A stretch of 34,927 bases of DNA from an uncultured Actinomycetes bacterium. GTDB lineage: Bacteria; Actinomycetota; Thermoleophilia; RBG-16-64-13. The number at the start of each line of letters is the position of its first letter. Positions within the stretch are counted from its first letter, which is position 1. The notes below the pieces were generated by a model. That model was not told where the DNA came from and made no database searches. It saw nothing but the letters and a program-made list of their open reading frames with translations. The stretch is taken from NCBI GenBank assembly GCA_963706025.1, contig CAVPLM010000025.1:1-34927 (forward strand), in the 5' to 3' direction. Shown here in pieces: positions 9,031-17,709 of this stretch. The position numbers and the translations under genes were made by a program.

Positions 9031-10645
9031 CTACCAGACGGCACGGCTAATCGCCGCTTCCTCTTCACCGGGGGTCGGCCGGTTGAGCAGGTTGTAGAGC
9101 ATACCGGCGACCTCCCCCTGCGTGGCGGAGGCAAAGAAGTCGAAGTCCGGCCCTACTCCTTCTATCTTGTTTAGAAGCCCCACGTAGGCGGCCTTCCGCG
9201 CGCTCTGGTAATGCTCTTCGGGATAGAACTGCCCGGGGCCGAAAGGTGGCGCAGTAGTAGGGAGGGATGTCGGTGAGGTTGGCCGCTCGGACGATCATGG
9301 TAATGAGCTGCTGCCGGGTCATGTTGTCGTAGGGCGCAAACGTGTCTGCGGTCCTGCCTTGAGTGATCCCATTGGCGGCGCATACTGCCACATAGTGGTC
9401 CGGGTACAGCGGGTCTGTAGAACCCATGTCGGTCATGACGTCCGTGAATGGGGAGACGTCGTTCTCGCTCACCGGGAGATTGAGGGTCTTCACGATCATC
9501 TTGGCGAACTGCTGGCGGATCACAGGGTTCTGCGGCCGGAAAGCGCCGTCAGGATAGCCACCGATGATGCCGGCCTGGGCGAGACTCTCGATGGCCTGTT
9601 GGTAAGGCGAGAAGTCTATATCCGTGAACGTGTGTCGCTGCAGCGGCTTGATCCAGCCAATCACCCCATCTTGATCGACCCAGACCTTGTCGGAGTTCCT
9701 CTTGAGAGCCAGGGTCCTCGAGCCTTGCGGGTTTGCGCCGTTCTGTTCATAGATACGGAGACGGTCTCCCTCGACCGCTCCCACCACCGCAACGTGGCCA
9801 TATGTTCCACTGCCCCATACGAGCAGGTCCCCGACGTCGGGTGGCGACGTTGCGGTGTGGTCGTTGGAGACCGTCGGCAGTCCGTAAGTCCCCTGGGCGA
9901 TCGTCAACATGTCTTTCGCATACGACCCCGCCCAGTGGGCTGGGAGCGCGTTCCCGTTCTTGTCCCGCCAATGTTGTGTCTGAGTAGTCCAGCGTTGCGC
10001 GAGTTCCACGCACTGGTAGCGGAACCCAGCGCCGCTGTCCCCGAATACGGGAATGCTACTAACTCCAGGCGCGATCCAGTTCGGGCGGGGGAAGTTGCTG
10101 TACACCTTGAGTCCGTTCCACTCTTCTACGACGGTGCCCCAGGGAATGAGTGCGAACGTCGGCGAGATGCCTTCCGCCGCAGGGACCAGGAGGGAAGCAA
10201 CAGTGGCATGGCAGTTCTCATAGTGGCTATACGTCTGCCCATACGCGACCGCGGGCTGCCACATGTACGAGCCGGCCGAGGCGGCCACGGTCCCACTGTG
10301 TACGGTCTCCCCGTCCATGATGATCTTGACAGTCACGTCACCGGAGACGCCGCTCGCCTGCCACTTCACCGTCACCAGGTCGGCGGTCTCCTCGAACAAC
10401 GCAGGCTCGAATGTTCCAGACCGGTCCGGGAAACTGTAGCTTCCTGTGGGGTACGCCGCGTACGACGTGCCACTCGCGGGAGACGTGACAGTGATCTCGG
10501 CGGTTGACTCCGCGGTGGAGAAGGCGTGATCCGACTGCTCGTATAGCCCGTACGGGTAGTTCGCCTCAGCGAAGGCAGGGACAGCAACGGCAAAGACTGC
10601 CATCAGTCCGATCAGTACCCCGATGATGACGCGGCTAGCTGCCAT
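9031..10645 (-). CDS. Secreted CHAP domain and SLH domain protein (one frameshift near 9250)
   Basis: Signal peptide. CHAP motifs YQCVELAQR, GDLLVW..GTYGHVAVV, EQN, then SLH repeats. A shifted frame after ~9250 gives APPFGPGQFYPEEHYQSARKAAYVGLL...ATQGEVAGMLYNLL, matching the SLH tail of the rhodanese protein. Stop at 9031. Confidence 0.82.
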
Positions 10646-10873
10646 ATCTGCACCTATACTAGAGTCTGCCATCTGTGATTGCGAGCACCGGGAGTCGGCA
10701 GGCAGAGCAAGGAGCCGCTTGACCCCGGCAGGAGGATCTGGGTTGGAGCAAAGTGGCCGTGGCGCTCGGGCTCTAGTCTCACAGGGCTGGCTCCAGGCGG
10801 AATCGAGGTAGCCGCTGTCTTCCAGCCCCTACCGGCGGCTGCGGACTCCTGCTAGGATGCGGGTCTAAGCCCC

Positions 10874-11242
10874 ATGCCGAGGGAGGCCGGTATCCTTAAG
10901 ATAGAGCAATACGGGTCGGAGACGTGTGAGCTCCCGCCCAGCAGTAGCTTCGTTCTCGTCCGCGTTCCCATGCGCATTGTGGGCGAGGGAGCGAAGGGCG
11001 AGGCCACGTTCCACTACAGCATCGGCTCATTTGTCGGCCGGGAGACCACCTTAGCCCTGCGGGCAGACTTCCAGACCACCCTCCGCTTCCGTGTGCCCCT
11101 GGAGCTCTTTCGTCCCCGGGAACGGTTCGCCGTGGAAGTTCATGCCAGCGGTTCCGCCGGACCAGAGAAGGTCCTTTGGACCAAGCGCTGGGAGGTCGCC
11201 TGGCAAGGCAAGACCCCATCCTTAGAGCCGATAGCTGACTAG
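10874..11242 (+). CDS. Hypothetical protein
   Basis: 122-aa ATG ORF with beta-rich, protein-like composition filling the gap. No recognised motif. Confidence 0.55.
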   Translation: MPREAGILKIEQYGSETCELPPSSSFVLVRVPMRIVGEGAKGEATFHYSIGSFVGRETTLALRADFQTTLRFRVPLELFRPRERFAVEVHASGSAGPEKVLWTKRWEVAWQGKTPSLEPIAD

Positions 11243-11371
11243 GCGAGAAAGGCCGAAATCTAAAGGCGCTTTTCAGACCCGCGCGTTCAGGACTCATTCA
11301 GGTGAGTGGTGCGAGCATACTGCTGCGGCATTGCTCAACCCCCCTCCTGAGCGGTGGCCCTTGTCCTGCAT

Positions 11372-11407
11372 GGTGGTGTCTAACCCCCAGAAGGGTTAGA
11401 CACCACC
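11372..11407. repeat. Perfect 15-bp inverted repeat (REP-like hairpin or terminator)
   Basis: GGTGGTGTCTAACCC-ccagaa-GGGTTAGACACCACC, with no U-tract on either side. Confidence 0.7.
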
Positions 11408-11419
11408 GCCACCTTCACA

Positions 11420-11782
11420 CTACGTTGACGGCCTTTGCAGCCTCCAGAACAACCGGACGCCGCGCCCGCCGTCTGATTCCTCGGCTCGCCTTTCCATCCT
11501 CCAGCGGGGATCTAGAGTCCGGGCCAGCACCTGAATGACGATGAAAAGAATCACCAGGCCCACCAGGACGCTCAGGTCGAGGCCGACAGAACCGATGCGT
11601 GCCACAGGAAGCAACCGGCGGAACAAGCCGAGGTATGGTTCCGTGAGCGTATGGAGCGCGCCTTTGATCAGGAAGACCTGGCTGCCGGGACGTGCCGGAA
11701 ACCAGGACAGCACCACCCGGGCGAAGATGAGCAAGCTGTAGACCACAGCCACCGCGTAGATGATGTAGATCAGGGTGCCCAC
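11420..11782 (-). CDS. YggT family membrane protein, copy 1 (stop lost by 1-nt insertion, C-terminal extension)
   Basis: ARVVLSWFP...LTEPYLGLFRRLLP....GLDLS. GCCCGGACTCTAG here versus GCCCGGATCTAG in copy 2. Confidence 0.8.
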   Translation of the reverse strand: MGTLIYIIYAVAVVYSLLIFARVVLSWFPARPGSQVFLIKGALHTLTEPYLGLFRRLLPVARIGSVGLDLSVLVGLVILFIVIQVLARTLDPRWRMERRAEESDGGRGVRLFWRLQRPST

Positions 11783-11903
11783 TCGCCTCAAACCTCCAGC
11801 CCCGACCAGCCTAGACCAGCCGCGACCAACTGCCGCGTGTACATTCGGTGAACTTCCGAGCCGACTCCGGCCTCCGAGCATCCCTGGGCCGGCTCAGCCA
11901 CAC

Positions 11904-11926
11904 AAGAAAGCCCCGCAAAACGGGGC
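11904..11926 (-). terminator. Rho-independent terminator after tRNA fragment (copy 1)
   Basis: GCCCCG-ttttg-CGGGGC-TTTCTT on the minus strand. Confidence 0.7.
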
Positions 11927-11935
11927 CACAGAGAA

Positions 11936-11979
11936 TGAGCCGTGCTGAACTCGAACCAGCGACCCTCGGGATTAAAAGT
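11936..11979 (-). mobile_element. 3' half of tRNA-Lys(UUU), att-like site (degenerate copy)
   Basis: ACTTTTAATCCCGAGGGTCGCTGGTTCGAGTTCAGCACGGCTCA: anticodon loop, T-arm and 3' acceptor strand. No proper 5' half. Confidence 0.75.
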
Positions 11980-12116
11980 GCGAGAAGGCCCGTTCTCTGC
12001 CGTGATGGCGGGTGTCGGTTGCTGACGATTATACTGCAAATCACGCTTTTTCCGAAAACGTCCTGACGGCTCATGACGACCTGTTCTGAGCGGTTCGTTG
12101 GCAAGCGTTGGCAGAA

Positions 12117-13104
12117 CAGTCGGCTCCGGGCAATGTCATGGAGGCCCTCGCCCGACTCGAGCGCGAAGAAAGACCGAACGTTCGCATCCGGGCGGGGCTC
12201 TTGCTGGACCCCAGCGACCCCCTCGATGCCCAACTTGAGCAGGCCGCGGCGATGCGGGCAAAGTACAGAGGACCCCTCTTACAGGCAAACAGCGTGAAGT
12301 TCTTCGCCGATGGATCGGGCCTCAGCATATTCCTGGGCGAGCCCTTCTCGGCCGTCCCCCCGGCTACCCGGCTGACTACCGCGGGTACCCAGGCTGGGAT
12401 CCGGAGGCGATGGCCACAGCGGCCGTGAAGGCGGCCGAGCTCGGCTTCCATCTGCACTTTCACGCCATCGGCGACGCCGCAGTCGGGATATCCCTCGACG
12501 CGATCGAGGCGGCTGAGCAGGCGGTGGGAAGTAAGGATATCCGTCCCGCCATCGCTCACCTCTTCCTGGTCGATGAAGCCGACAGGCGCGCCTAGCCGAA
12601 CTTGGAGTGACAGCAGTGATGCAGCCGGTCAGGATGCAGAAGGATCCCTATTACTACCAGGGCTATCTCCCCACACTGGGGGAGGCGCGGTGCGCCCGGA
12701 TGATGCCGCTCAAGAGCCTGTTCGACCGCGGCGTTCTCGTTGTATCTTCGACCGACTTCCCTATCATCAACCCACCGTCGCCACTCGACGGTATCGCTAT
12801 CGGAGCGCTGCGCTGGCACCCCCTGACCAGCAAGCCGGACAACGTCTGGACACCCGCCGAACGTGCCGACGTGTGGCAGATGATATGCAGCTACACCATC
12901 AATTGTGCACGGGCCAACTTGCTGGATAACGAGACGGGCTCCATAGAGATCGGCAAGTCGGCCGACCTGGTCGTCCTGAACGAGAACATACTCGAGTTGC
13001 CGCCCGAGAGGATCGGCTTCAACTGGATGGGCGGCGGCACAACCAAGGTGCTCATGACGATATTCAGAGGCAAGCCGGTCTGCACGACGAGCGAGATGTG
13101 CTAA
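12117..13104 (+). pseudogene. 5'-truncated, frameshifted amidohydrolase 3 (YtcJ-like)
   Basis: VKFFADG, HFHAIGDAAV, IAHL, SSTDFP, YTINCA and GSIEIGKSADLVVL are spread over three ORFs. The N-terminal half is absent, and the homologous part starts at the repeat boundary. Confidence 0.8.
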
Positions 13105-13277
13105 CGCGGGGCCTTTCCTACTAGGATAGACACAGGCCGACCACCTGCTGTTGGAGTCTCATGACTTTCACATCCGGGACGATCGCGACCGTCAGTATCT
13201 TGTCGCGCCCGCCGTCTGGCTCATCGAGATGAGGCTCATCGACAACCGCGCCGTCTCGGCCTGAACCGAGCGCAGCC

Positions 13278-14090
13278 TCACGGGTGAGCCTTGTCCTCGA
13301 TGATCGAGTTACCCCCGTCGACGATGACCAACTGCCCGGTGATGTACGAAGCTGCGGGTGATACAAGAAAGGCGATGAGGGAAGCCACCTCATCGGCGGT
13401 GCCCGCCCGGCGCATGGGTGACGCCAGAGCGGCTTCGGCCTCGACGGAGCTGGCCGCGGCGGTGGCGATCCATCCTGGGCCGACGGCATTGACGGTGATG
13501 CCGGCCTGGGCCACTTCGAGTGCCAAGGCGCGGGTGAGCCCGACCATGCCGGCCTTTGCGGCCGAGTACGTGGAATACAGCGGCATGGCCACCAGTGGTC
13601 CCGTGGTGGAGGAGACGTAGACGATCCGGCCGTAAGCGCGGGCCTTCATCCCCGGGAGAAAGGCTTGGGTCACGAGGAAAGCCGTTCGAAGGTTGCGGGC
13701 AAGAGCCTCGTCCCATTCGGCCAGTGTGAGCTCCTCCAGCGGCTTCGCGGCGTCCGACCCGCTGATGAGCGAGGCTAGACCGGCGTTGTTCACAACGATA
13801 TCCCGCGCGGGGCGCCAGCTCTGGACCTTAGCCGCAAGAGCGGCCACCTGCCTCGGGTCGGTCAGATCGGCCACCAGGCCCAGAGAGTCGACGCCCTCAC
13901 TTGCGAGTTCGGCTGCCCGGTCGTGTATCCGGTCCGTGGTTGAGACGATGGCCACGGAGGCACCCAACCGTCCCAGCAGGCGGGCAGTGGCGAAACCGAT
14001 CCCTATCGGACTACCGGCTCCCGTCACCAAAGCGGACTGCCCAGCTAGAGAGATGAATCCCCCATGTATGTCGGCGGACGGTTCGTTCAT
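13278..14090 (-). CDS. Short-chain dehydrogenase/reductase (FabG-like)
   Basis: TGAGSPIGIG, VNNAG, SS, YSAAK, VNAVGPGWI, YITGQLVIVDGG. Confidence 0.93.
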   Translation of the reverse strand: MNEPSADIHGGFISLAGQSALVTGAGSPIGIGFATARLLGRLGASVAIVSTTDRIHDRAAELASEGVDSLGLVADLTDPRQVAALAAKVQSWRPARDIVVNNAGLASLISGSDAAKPLEELTLAEWDEALARNLRTAFLVTQAFLPGMKARAYGRIVYVSSTTGPLVAMPLYSTYSAAKAGMVGLTRALALEVAQAGITVNAVGPGWIATAAASSVEAEAALASPMRRAGTADEVASLIAFLVSPAASYITGQLVIVDGGNSIIEDKAHP

Positions 14091-14236
14091 GGCCTATCCC
14101 CCCGTTCTCTCAACACTCCCGCCCAGTGACCGCCTTGCCTTCCCGACCAGCTTACCTCTGGATGCGCCGTCTCGCGAATGGTCCCGACGACGAGCTGGTG
14201 CCTGGGTCACGGGTCGCCCACCCAACAAGACAGTGT

Positions 14237-14506
14237 CTAGATCCGGGCCAGCACCTGAATCACGACAAAGAGGACGACCAGGCCTACCAGGACGCTCAGG
14301 TCGAGGCCGACAGAACCGATGCGTGCCACAGGAAGCAACCGGCGGAACAAGCCGAGGTACGGTTCCGTGATCGTATGGAGCGCGCCTTTGATCAGGAAGA
14401 CCTGGCTCCCTGGGCGTGCCGGAAACCAGGAGAGCAACACCCGGGCGAAGATGAGCACGCTGTAGACCACAGCCACCGCGTAGATGATGTAGATCAGGGT
14501 GCTCAT
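14237..14506 (-). CDS. YggT family membrane protein, copy 2 (intact)
   Basis: 89 aa: MSTLIYIIYAVAVVYSVLIFARVLLSWFP...ITEPYLGLFRRLLP..GLDLS. Confidence 0.87.
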   Translation of the reverse strand: MSTLIYIIYAVAVVYSVLIFARVLLSWFPARPGSQVFLIKGALHTITEPYLGLFRRLLPVARIGSVGLDLSVLVGLVVLFVVIQVLARI

Positions 14507-14627
14507 TCCCGTCAAACCTCCATCCCCGACCGGTCAACACCAGCCGCGACCAACTGCCGCGTGTACATTCCGTGAACTTCCGAGCCGACTCCGGCCCCCG
14601 AGCGCCTCTGTCTCAACTCATCGGCAC

Positions 14628-14650
14628 AAGAAAGCCCCGCAAAACGGGGC
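14628..14650 (-). terminator. Rho-independent terminator after tRNA fragment (copy 2)
   Basis: GCCCCG-ttttg-CGGGGC-TTTCTT. Confidence 0.7.
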
Positions 14651-14659
14651 CATAGAGAA

Positions 14660-14702
14660 TGAGCCGTGCTGGACTCGAACCAGCGACCCTCGGATTAAAA
14701 GT
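14660..14702 (-). mobile_element. 3' half of tRNA-Lys(UUU), att-like site
   Basis: ACTTTTAATCCGAGGGTCGCTGGTTCGAGTCCAGCACGGCTCA, with a perfect T-stem GCTGG/CCAGC and TTCGAGT loop. tRNA similarity stops at the anticodon arm. Confidence 0.8.
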
Positions 14703-14877
14703 GCGAGAAGGCCCGTTTTCTGCCGTGACGGCGGGTGACTGGTCGTGACGATTTGCCTGCCAAACCAGGCTTTCCTCAAAACGTCCTGACGGCTCATGAC
14801 GACCTGTTCTGAGCGGTTCGTTGGCAAAGCGTTGGCAGAAAACGGGCACACAGCCGAGCTCAGTCACTGAGTCGAGG

Positions 14878-14899
14878 GCCAGTCAATCGATTGACTGGC
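14878..14899. promoter_or_regulatory. Perfect 22-bp palindrome (candidate protein-binding site)
   Basis: GCCAGTCAATC|GATTGACTGGC. Confidence 0.5.
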
Positions 14900-15012
14900 G
14901 GTGGTCAGCAATCAACGTAGGATGTAGATGATCGGGCTGTAAGCGATAGGACATGTGAAGTCGTCCTAGTCCGCAGTGAGGGCTCAATTCCGATCAACCG
15001 TCAGCGCCTGCG

Positions 15013-15669
15013 CTACTCTTTCAGTTCGTCGACCAGTTCCTGCACCATCTCGGCCAGTTATTCCGCCGCCTCTCCGAACACATCAGCAGGGGGGACCGGC
15101 TGTCAGTTGCAGCGCTCCGCGACCGCCTCCAGGTGGGTTTTGGCTTTGGTGACATTCCCCTCGTTCAAAGAAGCCTGGGCCTGAAGAGCGTCGCGCCGCT
15201 CGTTTCCATACGAACCCATTCCAACGACCAAGAGGGTATCTTGAGAGGTTGCCTCGTCGAAGAAATCGAGAATGTCGTCGATCGCCGTTCCACGAGACGT
15301 CTCCTCGACCGCCGTCCCCAGTTCGAGCGTAGAGATCCCCGCACTCCTAACCTGCTCCTGCCATGTGTCGGCCGAAAGAGCGCCTTCGGTCAGATCTTCC
15401 ATGACCTCGAACGGATGAATCTCCATATCGCCGGCTTGAAGCCACACCGCCCCCGGCGTCTCTGTGTGGATCTTCCAGCCTCGTTTATGAAGTGCCGTGG
15501 CCAAGGCTGCTCCCACCACTTCGTCCGCGTACGCGCGCCGAGCTTCCCGACTAGCTTCAGGGAGCTCGCTCGCCCAATCGTCCAACTTCTCAGCCACTCC
15601 GGGTAGTGCACCGGGTGTCACGCCCTCGAGGTAGGGCTGCAGATTCCATGTCGCAAGAGAGGAGCCCAT
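15013..15669 (-). pseudogene. Gene relic; first half resembles C-terminal tails of M48-type peptidases
   Basis: ORF 15103-15669 continues in frame past TGA and TAA as protein-like text (QPVPPADVFGEAAE*LAEMVQELVDELKE*). The family assignment is weak. Confidence 0.4.
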
Positions 15670-15810
15670 TTCTCACCCCGCGCTGCCCGACCCCGCAATT
15701 GAATTCAAATCACCCTCCTGCCCCGTTAGTCGCTCCAGGGAGTGCCTGTTCCTCCTCAGGCGGAGAGAGCTCCGCCTTCAAGGAGGGTGGAGTTGGCCGT
15801 GGCGGAATCT

Positions 15811-16197
15811 TCACCGGGACTGGCCCACCCAGGGTTCTTGGTTGCGATGCAGACTGGCGTCGGCCTCCTGGAGAAGGACCTCGGTCTCGACCCCGTCCTC
15901 GGGACAGGCGGACACGCCGAAACTGATCTGCAGACTGGTGAACGACCGGCCCAGTTTGAAGCGGGTCTTGGAGACCGATTCGGCGATCCTCCGTCCCACC
16001 ATCTGGATGGCGTTCTGCGCCAAGGCACGCGGGCAGAGTCTGCCCTGGTAATAGGGGTGATCTTCATCGCCCTCGACCTTGGCCACCTTGCCGTCTTTGA
16101 GATACACCTGGGCCCCGCACCCGCCGTGACATCCAGGTCCAGGCGACCACAGACCCATCTTGTAGACCTGGTACCCGTCTTTTTCGTACTGACGCAT
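15811..16197 (-). pseudogene. In-frame chimera: molybdopterin oxidoreductase N-terminal Fe-S domain fused to a GGDEF domain C-terminal fragment
   Basis: AAGGAG RBS. MRQYEKDG...WSPGPGCHGGCG...KDGKVAKVEGDEDHPYYQGRLCPRALA is followed by RRIAESV...LQISFGVSACPEDG...LLQEADASL. Confidence 0.72.
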
Positions 16198-16792
16198 CAC
16201 CAGCCTGCTCCTTTTCGTCTGGGCCAAACAGGTCCACCTCGGTTGGTCCCCTACCTCGATGCCGATGTCGGTAAGCAGTCCCGCAACCGGCACCAACCCC
16301 GTGTTGATGGCTCTACTCCCCGCCTCAGTTGGGCGATGCTGCCGCGCCGTCGTGTTCCTGCCCGATAGCACCGTCATTTACTACCTGCTTCCACGGATGT
16401 GGTCGATGTTGACCCCTATGGAGGTACTCGGCATGGCGCTACCTTGGCACAATGGGCTGAAGCTCTGTGCATTCGAGTCCGCGGAGCGGTTTGGCGCCCT
16501 TGCAGTTCAAGAGGGCGTCGCAGACAGTAGGATCGGCTACCCCGAGGGCCAGGAGAGTTCGACCACGCATCGCAGTGGCCGGCGGCACCTTGTAGAGTTC
16601 CGACTCGTCGGTACAGTCAAGGCCATCGATAGGTTCAGGCCGGCGGAACAGCGATCAGTCAATCGGCGATCAGAGAAACCGGTGCAGGCATTCGTCCAGT
16701 GATGTTCCTTATGCACTCTGCGGTCCCCACTCACAGTTTCCGGGAATCAGCGGGCGGGTGTTTGCTGCTCTATGCTAGACTCGGCTCACTTA

Positions 16793-17632
16793 ATGAAACT
16801 AGCGCGTATGAGGAAGGGCCCACTGGGAGATAACCCGAAAGCGCTCGCAACAGAGGGCTCGCCGCGTGACGATGGAGGCGCGGTCCGCGCACTCGAACGG
16901 GGCCTGCGCCTTCTCGCTCGTTTTGATGTGGAGCACCCTCGGTGGCGGATCGCGGACCTGAGCCGGGCCGTCGGGCTACACAAGGCAACCGCTCGCAGGC
17001 TGATCAAGACGCTCGAGGCGGAAGGCTATCTAGTATCGGATACGAATTCCGGAGAGTACCGGCTGGGTTCCGCGCTCCTCCCCTTGATATATCTCGCCCG
17101 TACCCTTGATGAACTGCTGGAGGTCGCGCGTCCATTCCTCGAACGCCTCGCTGCCGAGACCGAAGAGACGGTAGGGCTGAGCGTCTGGACGGAACGCGGC
17201 GTCATGCAGATCGCCCACATCCCGACCATCCATTTCTTCAAGCCATCAGCGATGATGGGACACATCTCGACCGAGTACGGGACGAGTCATAGCAAGATCT
17301 TCCTGGCTTTCGGACCGGAACAGCGCTTGTCCAAGCTCTCTCTGGGCGAGCGAGGAAGGAGCCTCACCATTGCGGACGCCGGCATGCTACGGGAGGAACT
17401 TGATCGTGTCCGTCAGGCAGAGATCGCCTACGACATAGAAGAGAGGACCAGGGGCGTGTGCGCGGTAAGCGTACCGGTGCGAGACGCCACGAGCGAGGTG
17501 ATCGCCAGCATCGCGGTCGTGGTCCCTCCCGACCGCTTCGGCCCTGACAGGCGGGAGTTCATCTCGTGTTCGATCCGCGAAACCGGTGCGGCGCTCTCTC
17601 GCGAATTGGGGTATAGGGCTGCGGGCAACTGA
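16793..17632 (+). CDS. IclR family transcriptional regulator
   Basis: VRALERGLRLL, GLHKATARRLIKTL, YRLG, TSHSKIFLA, GVCAVSVPVRD. Start uncertain (16772-16808). Confidence 0.93.
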   Translation: MKLARMRKGPLGDNPKALATEGSPRDDGGAVRALERGLRLLARFDVEHPRWRIADLSRAVGLHKATARRLIKTLEAEGYLVSDTNSGEYRLGSALLPLIYLARTLDELLEVARPFLERLAAETEETVGLSVWTERGVMQIAHIPTIHFFKPSAMMGHISTEYGTSHSKIFLAFGPEQRLSKLSLGERGRSLTIADAGMLREELDRVRQAEIAYDIEERTRGVCAVSVPVRDATSEVIASIAVVVPPDRFGPDRREFISCSIRETGAALSRELGYRAAGN

Positions 17633-17654
17633 CACAGGCCGAGAAGCGTCAACA

Positions 17655-17698
17655 GAAGAAAGCGGGGGCAGCGCAACGCGCTGCCCCCGCATCTCTTT
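17655..17698. terminator. Bidirectional intrinsic terminator
   Basis: 13-bp stem GCGGGGGCAGCGC-aac-GCGCTGCCCCCGC between convergent genes, with A-rich and T-rich flanks. Confidence 0.8.
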
Positions 17699-17709
17699 CG
17701 GCGGTCCCT

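Larger units (their letters stand above)
11511..12116. repeat. Direct repeat copy 1 (~605 bp: yggT, terminator, tRNA-Lys 3' half, arm-like region)
   Basis: Aligns by eye with 14236-14840 from TCTAGA to GTTGGCAGAA, with scattered substitutions. Confidence 0.92.
14236..14840. repeat. Direct repeat copy 2 (~605 bp)
   Basis: Second copy of 11511-12116, offset by 2,725 bp. Confidence 0.92.

Noticed and set aside
12593-12595. In-frame amber stop in the amidohydrolase
   Set aside because: The downstream part is in another frame, and restoring one G gives DRARLAELGVTAVMQP.
14660-14735. Intact tRNA-Lys gene (also at 11936-12010)
   Set aside because: The upstream sequence gives only partial acceptor pairing (GCCGT), no canonical D-arm and a mismatched anticodon stem. 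It is better explained as a 3' half.
11511-14840. Composite transposon or CRISPR array
   Set aside because: The repeats encode no transposase and lack terminal IRs or target duplications. There are only two long copies and no short repeat-spacer periodicity.
15103-15105. Selenocysteine TGA
   Set aside because: An in-frame TAA follows 15 codons later, and there is no selenoprotein context.
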